Shown here piece by piece: positions 10,007-20,645 of a stretch of 64,000 nucleotides of DNA. The position numbers and the translations under genes are program-made. Under the pieces are notes generated by a model that saw only the letters and a list, made by a program, of their open reading frames with translations, ran no database searches and was not told the origin of the DNA. How positions within the stretch are numbered: the stretch's first letter is position 1; each line of letters opens with the position of its first letter. The stretch lies in contig JAWOEX010000035.1 in NCBI GenBank assembly GCA_046482545.1, forward strand, positions 32,001 to 96,000, given 5' to 3'. This stretch comes from Candidatus Thorarchaeota archaeon (GTDB lineage Archaea; Asgardarchaeota; Thorarchaeia; Thorarchaeales; Thorarchaeaceae).

Positions 10007-10636
10007 TTAGTGGTATCTTCCACGTTCCCTAATACTCCTCGCCCTAGAGAAGACTTTGCTAGACTGGGCGCCTACAGCCTGACTGTAGCCATCCATTGTG
10101 GCCTTGAACATAAAATCTTGGCAATTCCAATGTGTTGTTTCAAGTGCACGCCTGATAAGATGGAGATCCACCCCCTTCATTTCAATAGTGGCATTCTTTT
10201 CTGCAAGCCCAAAATCAACAAACCATATTTTGAACGTAGAATCTACAATAATATTGCTAGTTGTTGGGTCTCCATGAACCACATTTGCTCTATGCATCAT
10301 CCCCATGAAGTATCCAAATGTTCCGCATAAAGATGCTAGTTTCTTGCTGGATAGATTTCCTACGAGCTCTTTGAGCTGTTGCCCTTCAATATAGTCCATT
10401 ATTATACTATGATTTGCTATGTCTATGGAATATACAGCAGGTGTGGGTACACCTAATTGGCGAACGTAGGTCAACATCTTACATTCTCTAGAGGTTCGCC
10501 TAGAGCGAAGGGTTCTATCAATCTCGGGCAGAAGATACCCTTTCTCTGGTCGAGATTTCATTACAAGTGTCTTACCCCATTTTCTGATTTTATAGACGCA
10601 CGATTCTGCTCCCCGGGCTATAATTTCCTTTGTCAT
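10007..10636 (-). CDS. bud32: KEOPS kinase Bud32
   Basis: RGAE, HGDPTTSN, DFGL, RGRY C-terminus. Confidence 0.95.
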   Translation of the reverse strand: MTKEIIARGAESCVYKIRKWGKTLVMKSRPEKGYLLPEIDRTLRSRRTSRECKMLTYVRQLGVPTPAVYSIDIANHSIIMDYIEGQQLKELVGNLSSKKLASLCGTFGYFMGMMHRANVVHGDPTTSNIIVDSTFKIWFVDFGLAEKNATIEMKGVDLHLIRRALETTHWNCQDFMFKATMDGYSQAVGAQSSKVFSRARSIRERGRYH

Positions 10637-11632
10637 TTAATCCTCCCTCCGCCACATTATATCCTGTTCGTCAGTTCGCCATCGGGGAAGAACTTGAGAT
10701 TCTCTTACCCTGAGCCTATCTCCAGCAAGATGTTGCAGTATACCCGTCCAAGCAATCATGGCCCCTTGGTCCCCGGCAAGTGATTTGGATACTCTATAGA
10801 AATCTATGTCATGCCGTTCTGAAACACCTCTAAGAATTGATGTTAGCCGTTCATTCCTAGCAACACCACCTGTGAGCAGAAGCTCCTGTTTCTTGGTGTG
10901 TGCTATAGCTCGCTCAGCAATTTCTGCAATCATTCCGAAGGATGTTTCTTGTACACTGAAGCAGATATCATTCATAGCGACATTTTCGGTGTGCAATCTT
11001 GTTGCAGCTGTCAGCATACCGGAATAACTCACATCCATGCCCTTTACTGAATAAGGGAGTTCGTAGTATGATAATCCATCTCTCGCGTAAGTCTCAATAG
11101 TTGGGCCGGCTGGAAATTTCATGCCCATCTCGCGGCCAAGAGTATCAAGCATATTACCCAAGGCTATGTCTAGGGTCTCGCCAAAGGTTCTATACCTACC
11201 ACCAGCATAGGCAATGACCTGTGTGTTCCCTCCGGAAACATACACTGTTACGGGATCTTCGAAACCAGATTCCAGACATCCAATCTCAATATGAGCAACA
11301 CAATGATTCACTCCAACTAGAGGAACATCAAGGCTAAGAGCTAGCGTTCTGGCCATAGTTGCTGTTGTCCTCAAGCAAGGACCCAATCCAGGGCCTCTTG
11401 AGAAAGCAACCATATCAATATCAGCGGGTCGTTTCGCAGCTCTCTTTAAGGCTTTAGCAATCAATCCGGGGCCTACGCGAGAGTGATGCCTACTGGCTTT
11501 TCGAGGGTGTATGCCGCCTTTTTCGGGAGTAAGCATATCCCATTCATTCGATAAGACTTGTCCGTCATCAGAGACAACTCCTGCACCGAATGAATGTGCA
11601 GTGCCCTCTAAACCAAGACACACTATAGGCAT
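10637..11632 (-). CDS. kae1: tRNA t6A threonylcarbamoyltransferase Kae1
   Basis: GLEGTAH, GPGLGPCL, NHCVAHIE, VSGGNTQ, GETLD. Confidence 0.96.
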   Translation of the reverse strand: MPIVCLGLEGTAHSFGAGVVSDDGQVLSNEWDMLTPEKGGIHPRKASRHHSRVGPGLIAKALKRAAKRPADIDMVAFSRGPGLGPCLRTTATMARTLALSLDVPLVGVNHCVAHIEIGCLESGFEDPVTVYVSGGNTQVIAYAGGRYRTFGETLDIALGNMLDTLGREMGMKFPAGPTIETYARDGLSYYELPYSVKGMDVSYSGMLTAATRLHTENVAMNDICFSVQETSFGMIAEIAERAIAHTKKQELLLTGGVARNERLTSILRGVSERHDIDFYRVSKSLAGDQGAMIAWTGILQHLAGDRLRVRESQVLPRWRTDEQDIMWRRED

Positions 11633-11926
11633 CGAATCATCTCTCGAATATCAGCACAATTTTTCAATCTTAAAGATTGAGTAGTGTTGAAATAGGCAGG
11701 CGTCATTATCCAAACATGTAGTTATAGCTATGCGGAATAAGTCATACCAAGATATCGGAATGATTCATGTTTTTTGTTTCTGATTTTCAGAATCTGTGCC
11801 ATTGAACAGCAAATTGATAACTCATGTGAGTTTCTCACAACAATTTTGCCAACTTTTTCCACAGAGACTGTAGTTACAAAGAGTTTATATCATCCTCATT
11901 GAGCCACTGCAACGAGGAGAAAATCG

Positions 11927-12157
11927 GTGCCCCAAGAGCAGAAGCCAATACGGATTCTACAACAGTCAATGAATACGATTATCTCTGTAAAGCTAAAGGA
12001 TGAAAGAATTTTCAGAGGGCGCCTTAATACATGCGATCCATACATGAATATGACGCTTACATCAGCCGAAGAACTTGAGGGGAAAGAAGTCAAAGCAAAA
12101 TACGGGCAAGTATTGATACGTGGTAATAATATTCTATGGATTCAGCTTGATGAATGA
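11927..12157 (+). CDS. Sm/Lsm archaeal protein
   Basis: Sm1 G.L...D.YMN..L and Sm2 IRGNNI. Confidence 0.92.
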   Translation: MPQEQKPIRILQQSMNTIISVKLKDERIFRGRLNTCDPYMNMTLTSAEELEGKEVKAKYGQVLIRGNNILWIQLDE

Positions 12158-12165
12158 AAGTTAGC

Positions 12166-14193
12166 TTAGTGGGAGGATTCTCTGCGATACCGTTCTACCA
12201 ATTCAACTAGCCGGTCTTCACGTTTCTGTCTGGCTTTCTCGTGAACATCTTTCTTGAAGTTTGCCATGTTCCTTTCAAATCTGCTACGATCAATAAACGC
12301 AAACTCATCTACACGTCTCAGCTTAACTTCGTCAGCTCTAATGACTGGAATTTCAGCTTCAATTAGTTCATTCTCAGCCAAATGTGATAGCGGTGTATCT
12401 ATAATAACAGCACGAATACCTTTTTCAGCCAATATATGAGCTGTTTGGGGGCCTGCACCAGAGGCATCATCAAAGAGAAGTACATCACCACTTTTGAGAG
12501 GGGCTACCTCCTTGACATAGTTTTGAATGCTCTCCTGCGTGAATTTCTCAATTCTCTTGACAGCGAGCATATCCCCGCGCATTTCAAGCCGCTTAACCCC
12601 TCTAAGCTTAGAGAGCAGGTCCTCGAGGTCCTGAATCTTCTCCTCTAGTTTGTGAGTTCGCTGTCTTGACCGCTTAATTTCGGAGCTCTTTTTGGCAATC
12701 TTTCTATCCCGCCTGACCTTCCAGTAGTTTTGTTTGCTGATGATGTCAAGGCTGTGAGATAGCTCATTCTCCTTGAATCGAAGAAAATCTACTAAGCTCT
12801 TCAAATCTTCGACCCTTTGTTCAAGACTTTCGTTTTCGTCTTTGAGTTCCTTATAGCGTTCCCTGAGAGAGTCAAGGGTTTCTTCAGGCATCTGTTCGAT
12901 TTCTTGAGACTCTGGGGGGGCTTCTTCTTCAGCTTTTTCTTTTGTAAGCCTTGCAATTGCCTCATTCATAGGAGTTCCGCGAATGACCATTGCTTTCAGA
13001 TGGTCTCGGTCTACCTCTAGACGCTCATCTCTTACCTTGCGATCAATCTGCCGCAACTTCGGAATTATGCTTCGATATGCAAATACAGCCGCCGTTAGAG
13101 CATCTCTTTCGTGAGCATTACTGATGTTCACGCCGTCACCAAATTCCCGGGCTATTTCGTTCTTTTCAGCGACGGGGATATTGCTGTTTGGAGTGAACAA
13201 GTCTGCGTTCACTGTGCTGGATATTTTCTTCACCATGTTTGGTACAGGCGTAACATCACTTGCAACCATTACCGGCGTTCCTTTGGAGTAGACCATTCTG
13301 ATAATATCAGCCCGCGTTAGGGCCTTTTTACTATCAAGAAAATGAACCTTTCCTCGCAAGGTCAATAAGCAGATTGCGGCAGTTGTGCCTGGATCAACCC
13401 CCAATATGAAATACTGAGTTTTTGCTTCTTTGGGAGCTGGCTGTGGTTCAAGCGGCACGAATTCAGTCTGTTTGCGGATTGGGGCTACGAGTACTTTGAA
13501 ATCACCACTATGTTTTGAATCAACGATGCCGCGAACAACGTGCAACGGTGCGTATGCGACTATTCTTGAACTCGCATATCCGAAATCAGCCTCTCTTATG
13601 CTAATGTCATATTCGATTTCAGATTTCGTGAGGTTGGACTCGATTTCCCGCGTCATTTGCTGAATCATCGACTGTACTCTTCGCCTGAATCGGTTGGCAC
13701 TCTGTCCACCCCTTCCGGGTCTGCGTCCCCTCACAACTTGGATTTCTGTCTGCGCACTAAAACACTCTAAGCTGTACCCAACTCCCTGTGTTGCTAGTTG
13801 AGCAGAAATCCTAGCTGCCTCTAATGGAGACGGCTTCCCAGAAAGGGGTATGTCGTGCTGCCTTGCTAATCGTTGCAGTGTCACTTGACGAGGTGGTACT
13901 CCCGTAACTTGAATCAATTTGGTCGAAGGAGGAAGATCTTCTATCAGATATATGACGGATTTGCTGTCAGGTATAATTTCAAATATATTGTCAGTGCAAA
14001 GCCATTTAGGACGGATTTCATTAACCAGATTCAGCATTGAACGGCGTGATATCTCCTCATACTCATTCAGTACTGTGCCCTCTCTCATGATGACACATGC
14101 ATATTTGGCTGGAGTTCGGGAACGAGGGCTGTGAAATGGAAGGATATCAAAGCCCATAACGAACTCGCTCTCAGTATCCATGTACTTTCGCAC
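12166..14193 (-). CDS. DUF460-family protein (RNase H-like domain + coiled coil)
   Basis: GFDI, DNIFE, GGQSANRF.R, GVDPGTT, HERDAL.AA, long coiled coil; start may be 14181. Confidence 0.85.
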   Translation of the reverse strand: MRKYMDTESEFVMGFDILPFHSPRSRTPAKYACVIMREGTVLNEYEEISRRSMLNLVNEIRPKWLCTDNIFEIIPDSKSVIYLIEDLPPSTKLIQVTGVPPRQVTLQRLARQHDIPLSGKPSPLEAARISAQLATQGVGYSLECFSAQTEIQVVRGRRPGRGGQSANRFRRRVQSMIQQMTREIESNLTKSEIEYDISIREADFGYASSRIVAYAPLHVVRGIVDSKHSGDFKVLVAPIRKQTEFVPLEPQPAPKEAKTQYFILGVDPGTTAAICLLTLRGKVHFLDSKKALTRADIIRMVYSKGTPVMVASDVTPVPNMVKKISSTVNADLFTPNSNIPVAEKNEIAREFGDGVNISNAHERDALTAAVFAYRSIIPKLRQIDRKVRDERLEVDRDHLKAMVIRGTPMNEAIARLTKEKAEEEAPPESQEIEQMPEETLDSLRERYKELKDENESLEQRVEDLKSLVDFLRFKENELSHSLDIISKQNYWKVRRDRKIAKKSSEIKRSRQRTHKLEEKIQDLEDLLSKLRGVKRLEMRGDMLAVKRIEKFTQESIQNYVKEVAPLKSGDVLLFDDASGAGPQTAHILAEKGIRAVIIDTPLSHLAENELIEAEIPVIRADEVKLRRVDEFAFIDRSRFERNMANFKKDVHEKARQKREDRLVELVERYRRESSH

Positions 14194-14330
14194 TCAGTAT
14201 ATTCCTTGATTGTTTGCTATAAAGGCTTAACATGACTTCATAGGTGTACTCAAAGATGTTGCCTTCACAAACAACAACTATAATAAAGTGAGGTTTAAAC
14301 AACTTGCCAGATTCACATGAGGTGCGATAA

Positions 14331-14615
14331 GTGCCAGAAACACTAGAAATAACCGACGACGATGATATCCTAAGAATAGCGAGCGCACTTTCTTCAGGCA
14401 CACGCCTAGAAATACTGCAGTTTCTGTTGCAAAAAGAACAAGATGTTACAAGGGTTGCAAAACATCTCAGCGGTACGGAAGCCAATGCAAGCGCACAGAT
14501 AAAAATCCTGCAAGAAGCCGGTCTTCTAGATTACCGTCATGAACCTGGACAACATGGCCTAAAGAAAATCTCTTGGACATCTGTTGATGAAATCGTGATT
14601 GATTTGACTCCCTGA
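14331..14615 (+). CDS. ArsR-family winged-helix regulator
   Basis: ALSS.TRLEIL..L, ANASAQIKILQEAGL; GAGGTG SD before GTG start. Confidence 0.85.
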   Translation: MPETLEITDDDDILRIASALSSGTRLEILQFLLQKEQDVTRVAKHLSGTEANASAQIKILQEAGLLDYRHEPGQHGLKKISWTSVDEIVIDLTP

Positions 14616-14644
14616 ATGCGGCGATTGCTCAACGTGATTCATTG

Positions 14645-16171
14645 TTACCGATCTGCTTCTCGGACAGCATCTATAAGATTGGTGATTTTTCCCGTCGGGT
14701 CGAAATGGCGTTGTCTTATCTTTACAAAAGTTGGGACACTAACAACCTCGCCAACCATTAGAGACTCTCCAACTTCCAAGGAGGTTATTGCATCAAGAGA
14801 AGCTCGGTCAATGCCTTCGCTAGTGCGCCCAATATGATCGAGGTCATACGGATTGCTGCATCTGAAAATCGCCTGATTGGTACATTGACTGAGAACGGTC
14901 GTTGACAGTTTAACAGGCCGCTGAGAGATGAGACAGAGAAGTGCGAAGAATTTGCGTCCTTCCCGTGCGATTGTCTCTATTCGATCTTTTGGAATCGCTA
15001 TTTCTTTGCGGCTTTCAGGACAAAACTGATGAGCTTCTTCCAAGACCAGCAAGAAGGGAGGTATCCTGCCGGAACGTCTAAGATAGAGCAGCTGATTGGC
15101 TAGGTAGGATACAAGGATTTGCTTCTTCTTCAGACTTACAAAATCACTGAGGTCAATCAGGAGAAGTTTGCCGGGGCGAATGACCGTCTCGATTTTGGGA
15201 GTGGGTTCTTTGCCGAAGAGAGCGGTCTCATCCAGATTAAGTAGCCAGCCAATAAGTGCCTCTTTTGTGTTCGTATTGATATTATTGTCTTCCCGCACTG
15301 TGGTAATGACATCGCTGAGTGTGTACCCTGTCCGTGAATGACTACGCATTTTGGAAATCACTTTGCGGAGTTCACGACGTTGAACAGAACTCATTCCAGC
15401 GATGAGAGCCGCAATAGCATCAGCACTCAGAGATACTACCGGAATTTGGAAGTGAGATGCTCTGATGTGTTCTACGTCAGGATCTAAATTTGGTTTGCCA
15501 AGGTCCGCCCCGTTCATTTCCTTCAGGTACGAATACTCACCATGTACATCAACGACCACGACGGCAAGCCTTCCCTCCTCTTTGGTTCGAGAAAGTAGCT
15601 CCTCTAGTAGTACCGAAACAAAGTATGATTTACCTGCTCCACTCATTGCCAAGATTGCCAGATGTTTTGATAAGAGACGGTTCATTGAAGGCGCGAACTT
15701 TAGATTATGATGCCCAAGGGTACCAAGATTGAGACCATTCTTTCTATCCAGTTTGAGAAAATCGTTTAGAATTTCTTCGTCAACCCTTGTCACACTGGCT
15801 CCTGGGGCGACCGCTGAATAGGGGCGAATTGTCCGGTTGTTAGACCAGAATCCAATCACCTGCGTTTCAGCGATTGTATATTGCCAACGATTGGTTGGAA
15901 ACATTGAGCGAAGCGATTGACCGCGTGATTGATACTCGCGTACAGCCTCTGCATGTTCAAAATAACGATTTGTTCGTACGAGGTCATGTACCCGAGCGAT
16001 TACAGTTACGCCTTCTTGTACAACAGAGGAGACAAATTCTCCCCGCCGGACAGAAGGTGTTTCATCCTCGAGAACGAAATCAAATGCATTAACACTAGGT
16101 CCATTGCTTGTGCAGACGACTGTTCCAAGTTTTGTGTTTATGGGAGTGTACTCCATTTCATGAACCACCAA
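14645..16171 (-). CDS. herA: HerA bipolar helicase/translocase
   Basis: HAS barrel, HLAILAMSGAGKS, DVHGEY, LEEAHQF, REGRKF, SQRP; overlaps nurA. Confidence 0.9.
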   Translation of the reverse strand: MVVHEMEYTPINTKLGTVVCTSNGPSVNAFDFVLEDETPSVRRGEFVSSVVQEGVTVIARVHDLVRTNRYFEHAEAVREYQSRGQSLRSMFPTNRWQYTIAETQVIGFWSNNRTIRPYSAVAPGASVTRVDEEILNDFLKLDRKNGLNLGTLGHHNLKFAPSMNRLLSKHLAILAMSGAGKSYFVSVLLEELLSRTKEEGRLAVVVVDVHGEYSYLKEMNGADLGKPNLDPDVEHIRASHFQIPVVSLSADAIAALIAGMSSVQRRELRKVISKMRSHSRTGYTLSDVITTVREDNNINTNTKEALIGWLLNLDETALFGKEPTPKIETVIRPGKLLLIDLSDFVSLKKKQILVSYLANQLLYLRRSGRIPPFLLVLEEAHQFCPESRKEIAIPKDRIETIAREGRKFFALLCLISQRPVKLSTTVLSQCTNQAIFRCSNPYDLDHIGRTSEGIDRASLDAITSLEVGESLMVGEVVSVPTFVKIRQRHFDPTGKITNLIDAVREADR

Positions 16172-17318
16172 AAGGATTTCGAGATCGTCTTTTGTTTAGC
16201 GTTGAATAGGTAAGCCCTGATAGTGCAATGAGACGGTCAACTATCAAATCAGTTTCCGATTTACTTATTTTTGCCCGGGCATCGGCTTCTAGAATCGGCG
16301 TGGGAACACCATATTCAGGATGTTGCCATGAAAGCGGAAGAATAGCAGAGAGTGCTTTCTCCATCTTCTTCAAATCACCCTCTTCATCTAGGAGAATCTC
16401 AACCCGAATAGGGAGATCGTCTTTCGCTGTTTTTAGATATGTAATCCAAATCGAGGAAATCCAAGATGATAAGCCATCAGTCGCGCCTCGGGTATCATTT
16501 GCTAGTTCTGTGGAGAAGGGGAAGGCAAAGGTGCGTTCACCTTCCTCCAGAAAGGTATCAAGGATGTCACAATCTCTGGAGATTTTTAGCAACCATCTGT
16601 AGTCTACACCCTCCATAAGCTCGAAAAGAGTAGAATCCTTGAGAAGGTGAGGAAGAATTTCTCCGAGTATTCTGACAATCCGTATTGATCTACTATCTTT
16701 GATGATACCCAATAGAATTGTCCGTTTTTTGGTAACGTTATGAAATAACTGGCGATATAATGCAATAACTTCTTGAAATTTGGCATAAGCCATTGATTTC
16801 CGGTTTGGACGGTCCCGGGGATGAAAAACAAGAGAGCCGTCCATAAGCACAAGATCTGCATGATATTCCTCAATTAGGCCGATAGCAACCCTTAGTTCGC
16901 TCGCTATACGCTCAAGCGATGCAATTTGGTCAAGTTCCGATGTAGATATTTTCTGTGTGAGAGGTCTAACTTCTGGATTTGGGAATGGCTGAGGAAAATA
17001 TTCTACATTTGGTCCTTCTTCGAATCCAAATCCAAATACTACTCCAATACCTCGAGTGAATAGGAGATCCATTGAACGGAATCGTTTTCGTACTAACCCA
17101 CCATCAACCCCTGCAACTTTCAGACCTGAAAGGCGAGTTGGTTTTACTTTCTTGATTAGACTTGTTTCAGGTAGTCCGGCAGAAACTGAAGGAAATCTAG
17201 CTAAGTCAATGTCTTCTTTCATTCGACTCATAGCTGCCCCGAATCCCCTGCGAGTCGTCTCAACCCGCTCTATTTCCTCAACTAAATCGGCTAAAGCACG
17301 ATCAAGAGATTGATCCAT
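16158..17318 (-). CDS. nurA: NurA 5'-3' nuclease
   Basis: AGVDGG, LMDGSL, GIIKDS, YGVP.PILEAD. Confidence 0.88.
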   Translation of the reverse strand: MDQSLDRALADLVEEIERVETTRRGFGAAMSRMKEDIDLARFPSVSAGLPETSLIKKVKPTRLSGLKVAGVDGGLVRKRFRSMDLLFTRGIGVVFGFGFEEGPNVEYFPQPFPNPEVRPLTQKISTSELDQIASLERIASELRVAIGLIEEYHADLVLMDGSLVFHPRDRPNRKSMAYAKFQEVIALYRQLFHNVTKKRTILLGIIKDSRSIRIVRILGEILPHLLKDSTLFELMEGVDYRWLLKISRDCDILDTFLEEGERTFAFPFSTELANDTRGATDGLSSWISSIWITYLKTAKDDLPIRVEILLDEEGDLKKMEKALSAILPLSWQHPEYGVPTPILEADARAKISKSETDLIVDRLIALSGLTYSTLNKRRSRNPFGGS

Positions 17319-17320
17319 AA

Positions 17321-18997
17321 CTACTTGCCTCTCCTTTTTCTTTGTTGTAGCGCAGCCTTAATGAAGTGAACGTAGAGTGGATGGGGTTCGTCGGGGCGAG
17401 ATTTGAATTCAGGATGGTATTGAACACCAATCCAGAAAGGGTGGTCATCTATTTCTACAGCGTTTATTATGCGCTTGGTCTTATCATAGGCAGAAACAAC
17501 CAGCCCTTCACGCCCCATCTTGTTCACATATCGATTTATGAGATGGAATCTGTGTCTGAAACGTTCTCGTGTTCTGGACGCATTGTATACGTTGTGAAGA
17601 TGAGTTCCCTCTACAATCAGGACTTCTTGGCCTCCAAGACGCATTGTTCCGCCTTTGCTTTCAATTGTCTTCTGTTCATCCAAGAGGTCCACAACTGGAT
17701 AGAGACTTTCTTCGTCTACTTCGGTAGTATGAGCACCCTGCCAACCCATAACCTCACGTGCAAAGGCAACTATACCTAATTGAGCTCCATAACATATGCC
17801 CAAAAAAGGAATTTTTGATTCAAATGTGGCTGCTGCTGCATTTATCATGCCCTCAACACCACGTTCACCAAATCCAGGAGTCAACAGAACACCATCTACC
17901 GAATCCAGGTCATCCTCAATGGATTCCTTGTCGTAGCAATCTTCTGTTTCAATCCACTTCCGTTCAACCTTGGCACCAAGTGTAGCAGCTGCATGCGACA
18001 GAGCTACATTTATGCTCTTGTAGGAGTCACTTAATGTGGTATATTTTCCAGGCATTCCTATTACGACTTTCTTAGTTGGTGTTTCGAATGACCGCACTAT
18101 CTCTCTCCACATATCTGTATGAGGTTCTCTCGGTTCCATGCCCAGATGATTCATCAAAATATCGCCAAGGTTTTGGTCCTCAAAGAATAGTGGTAACCGA
18201 TAGATAATAGGGATATCAGGATTCGAGATCACTCGCTCTTGAGACACATTGCAGAATAATGCAATTTTGTTCTTCTCGGAATCTCCTAGTTCGCTTTCGG
18301 CCCTACAGACTATCATATCCGCTTGCAGACCCAACCCCTGCAGTGTCCGTATACTATGTTGAGTAGGTTTTGTTTTGAACTCCCCCGTTGATTGAAGAAA
18401 TGGAACGAGTGTGACATGGACAAAGGCAACTCGATCTCTACCAACGTCAATGGCCAGTTGCCTAACTGCTTCGAGAAATGGCATTGCTTCAATGTCACCT
18501 ACAGTTCCTCCTATTTCCACAAGAAGAACGTCGGGGATGGGTTCGTTTCTAACTACATCCCATATTCTTGATTGAATCTCATCAGTAACATGGGGAATGA
18601 TTTGAACAGTTCGACCCAAGAAGCTTCCTTTTCGCTCACCCAAAATTACAGACGTATAGATTTGTCCTGAAGTTATATTCTGGGAAGGATGAACTTCCAT
18701 ACCAGTAAAGCGCTCATATGTCCCAAAATCTAAGTCAATCTCGGAAATCTTGAACTCAAAATCACCTGCTGGACTGAATATCCATGGCTTATCAGTAACA
18801 AAGACTTCGCCGTGCTCAATTGGATTAAGAGTTCCAGGATCAATGTTAAGATATGGATCGATTTTTATTATTCGAATATCGTAGTCCCTAAACTGAAACA
18901 GTTTTGCCAGCGATGCCGTTGTAACGCCTTTACCAATTCCTGATAGTACTCCACCTGTCACGAATACAAAACGTGTTTCAGAATCTTGGTCGCTCAA
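17321..18997 (-). CDS. pyrG: CTP synthase
   Basis: [35 protein letters not shown]. Confidence 0.97.
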   Translation of the reverse strand: MSDQDSETRFVFVTGGVLSGIGKGVTTASLAKLFQFRDYDIRIIKIDPYLNIDPGTLNPIEHGEVFVTDKPWIFSPAGDFEFKISEIDLDFGTYERFTGMEVHPSQNITSGQIYTSVILGERKGSFLGRTVQIIPHVTDEIQSRIWDVVRNEPIPDVLLVEIGGTVGDIEAMPFLEAVRQLAIDVGRDRVAFVHVTLVPFLQSTGEFKTKPTQHSIRTLQGLGLQADMIVCRAESELGDSEKNKIALFCNVSQERVISNPDIPIIYRLPLFFEDQNLGDILMNHLGMEPREPHTDMWREIVRSFETPTKKVVIGMPGKYTTLSDSYKSINVALSHAAATLGAKVERKWIETEDCYDKESIEDDLDSVDGVLLTPGFGERGVEGMINAAAATFESKIPFLGICYGAQLGIVAFAREVMGWQGAHTTEVDEESLYPVVDLLDEQKTIESKGGTMRLGGQEVLIVEGTHLHNVYNASRTRERFRHRFHLINRYVNKMGREGLVVSAYDKTKRIINAVEIDDHPFWIGVQYHPEFKSRPDEPHPLYVHFIKAALQQRKRRGK

Positions 18998-19117
18998 ATG
19001 AATATCCTCACATTCAGGAAATAAGGGAATATGTATTCCCTGATTTTGTACTCGCTAACCCCTGGGGGGGTTTAAGTTATTCGTTGATTATAGACACTGC
19101 GGCCTAGAGTGAACTCT

Positions 19118-19696
19118 CTAACTGGGAGAAACAAGCAATTTCGAACGCATAGCGTTATCGAAAATCATTTGGAAAGCCTGCATAATATTTGTTCCATCAA
19201 GTGCAATACTATGCAATACCTCAACTGAGTTTGGTATCCCAATTTCTCTTCGAAATTCCGTTTCGTGTACTGTATTCGGTAAATCCTGTTTGTTCAGACA
19301 AATTACAATAGGGAGGGGGGTGTCTTGTAAATCAAGCATTGTATTTAGTTCGTCCCAGCTTGCTATATTGTCATCTAGTAGATGCCTCTGTGAATCTGCA
19401 ATGAAGATGAGACCATCTGTCCCTACAAGCACAATCTCTCTTGTTGATTTATAGAAGTCCTGTCCCGTTGCAGACCATATATGGGCGTCTATTGTCCAGT
19501 TATTGTCCAAAAGGAAGGAGATTGAACCGTAATCACAAAACATAGTTCGGCCGACAGTATTCTCTATTGATGTCAACTCCTCAAGATAATCAAATGCCGA
19601 GAAGAGCCAACGGATTGCAGTTGTCTTACCACTCATGGCGGGACCATAGAAGACAATCTTTAATGAAATCGTTTTGGAGCCATAGTCGACTATCAA
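19118..19696 (-). CDS. MglA-like small GTPase
   Basis: KIVFYGPAMSGKTT, GRTMFCDY switch I, SATGQ, NKQD. Confidence 0.85.
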   Translation of the reverse strand: MIVDYGSKTISLKIVFYGPAMSGKTTAIRWLFSAFDYLEELTSIENTVGRTMFCDYGSISFLLDNNWTIDAHIWSATGQDFYKSTREIVLVGTDGLIFIADSQRHLLDDNIASWDELNTMLDLQDTPLPIVICLNKQDLPNTVHETEFRREIGIPNSVEVLHSIALDGTNIMQAFQMIFDNAMRSKLLVSPS

Positions 19697-19721
19697 ATGT
19701 AAATCACCTTGCTCATCATTA

Positions 19722-20645
19722 TCATGTTCCTCCCCCCCACATACTATCTACCCAAGCTCCAAGACCAGAGAATCTACCATTTCTCACACAATCAGAGAAA
19801 TCCTCATGCCACTCTGCATGTATGAGCCTTAGAATAGAATCTATATCTCCATACTTCCAGCCAATTGCCTCACAGAGACTTCTATCAGTTAGAGTTATGG
19901 AAGCGCCCATCTCTCTAGCGAGTCTAACTCTGGAGAGTATTGTAGCTGCTCGTCGCGCAGCATGAATGTATTTGTTTACCTCTTCCTTAAATACATCGCT
20001 TGTCAGTTTCTTTGCCTCGTCTTCCAATTGCAGGACAATTTGCATTATCTGAGGTGATACATTCAAGTCACGAAGCGATTTGCTGAGGAGTCTGCGAATT
20101 CGTTCAAGTGATTGTTTTCTCTTGATGGATATTTTCTTCACAATACTCCTTTCGAGTTCCAAGTTTCCTTCTGGATGCTTGGCGAGCGAGAATGTCATAA
20201 CCGAGGGGGATTCAACTAGTATCGTCCCAACATTGCCACAATGTTCCAAGGCTTTCTCTCTGATAACTGAGTGAGGGTTCGTGCTTGCGGAAGCCGGCAA
20301 AGAACCTGCAGTAGGAAGGGCAATCATCCAACTTGAGAAATTAGATATCCGTTCAACTAGCAGTTCGACATTAGAAGAGAAACAACAAAAAACACTTCTA
20401 TCTACTTCGGTATTGTGCTTTTCTTCGTCCCATATCGCCCGGAATTCGTCTTTGGCAGTGAAATCTCGCCAGAAGACCATCTGGTGTCGTTGCGGACAGA
20501 GAAGTGCTAGGCTCGATACCAAATCGTCAAGCAATTCGGAATCGTAGCCTCTGACCAAAAGAGGAATCCGGTTAAAAATGCAATTCAAAGCGTATGGGAA
20601 TTGACCATCAAAAATTTCGATTAGTTCCATCACAGAATAGGTCAT
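19722..20645 (-). CDS. Hypothetical protein, possible cDENN-like domain
   Basis: ALNCIFNRIPLLVRG..ELLDDLVSSLALLCP resembles the cDENN alpha/beta start; translationally coupled to the roadblock gene. Confidence 0.45.
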   Translation of the reverse strand: MTYSVMELIEIFDGQFPYALNCIFNRIPLLVRGYDSELLDDLVSSLALLCPQRHQMVFWRDFTAKDEFRAIWDEEKHNTEVDRSVFCCFSSNVELLVERISNFSSWMIALPTAGSLPASASTNPHSVIREKALEHCGNVGTILVESPSVMTFSLAKHPEGNLELERSIVKKISIKRKQSLERIRRLLSKSLRDLNVSPQIMQIVLQLEDEAKKLTSDVFKEEVNKYIHAARRAATILSRVRLAREMGASITLTDRSLCEAIGWKYGDIDSILRLIHAEWHEDFSDCVRNGRFSGLGAWVDSMWGGGT

